A stretch of DNA of 64,000 bases, taken from Tricharina praecox (taxonomy: Eukaryota). Positions 63,872 to 64,000 of this stretch are shown piece after piece. Every line of letters begins with the position of its first letter. The stretch's first letter is position 1. The DNA lies in NCBI RefSeq assembly GCF_024521635.1, contig NW_026250409.1:930001-994000 (forward strand), given 5' to 3'. Below the pieces are notes generated by a model, which worked only from the letters and a program-made list of their open reading frames with translations, was not told the origin of the DNA and searched no databases. The position numbers were made by a program, and so were the translations under genes.

Positions 63872-64000
63872 GACTGGACGGGACTGGACGGGACGGCAAC
63901 AGCACGCTCGCTGGTGCAGCTGTCCAATTGTCGGAGCTGCTCCAAGCCGCCGAGTTGGTTGCCGACTTGCTACGGGCGGTTGCGGGGATCGTTGGGGTTA

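Noticed and set aside
1..64000. Co-location of translation, ribosome and amino-acid genes (KAE1, DHR1, BMT5, BDP1, ARG7, HOM3, MSW1) as a functional cluster
   Set aside because: They are interspersed with unrelated housekeeping genes, share no single pathway, and I found no convincing common upstream motif

Overview
Eukaryotic DNA from a filamentous ascomycete fungus. Short GT-AG introns with CTRAC/CTRAY branch sites and the gene content support this; a Pezizomycetes-like origin is my inference only. Most of the window is a gene-dense block of about 24 intron-containing genes, mostly housekeeping: NIF/HAD phosphatase, KAE1, PNP1, PAC3-like, DHR1, PET127, DUF2423, SIZ1, DUF2015, a PTS1-bearing malate dehydrogenase, TRS33, BRE1, BDP1, ARG7, FYV10/GID9, BMT5, RHB1, BUR1, HOM3 and MSW1. 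It also holds two identical, oppositely oriented tRNA-Leu(CAG) genes. The signals most worth following up are ones the ORF track misses or fragments: (1) an intron-retaining, decayed eL28 ribosomal-protein pseudogene at about 20.9-21.6 kb; (2) a 3-exon protein carrying AVEN-like motifs; (3) a protein with MAPK-docking and Dig1-like motifs behind a 5-kb gene-free upstream region; (4) an orphan protein built from two copies of an unrecognised ~135-aa domain, each split by an intron at the same position, plus a charged TP-rich tail; (5) a ~160-bp TA-flanked hairpin (MITE-like); (6) a possible chromodomain relic; (7) unusual 3' splice sites. All family calls are by motif recognition from memory, with no database search. 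Gene coordinates run start to stop and include introns.
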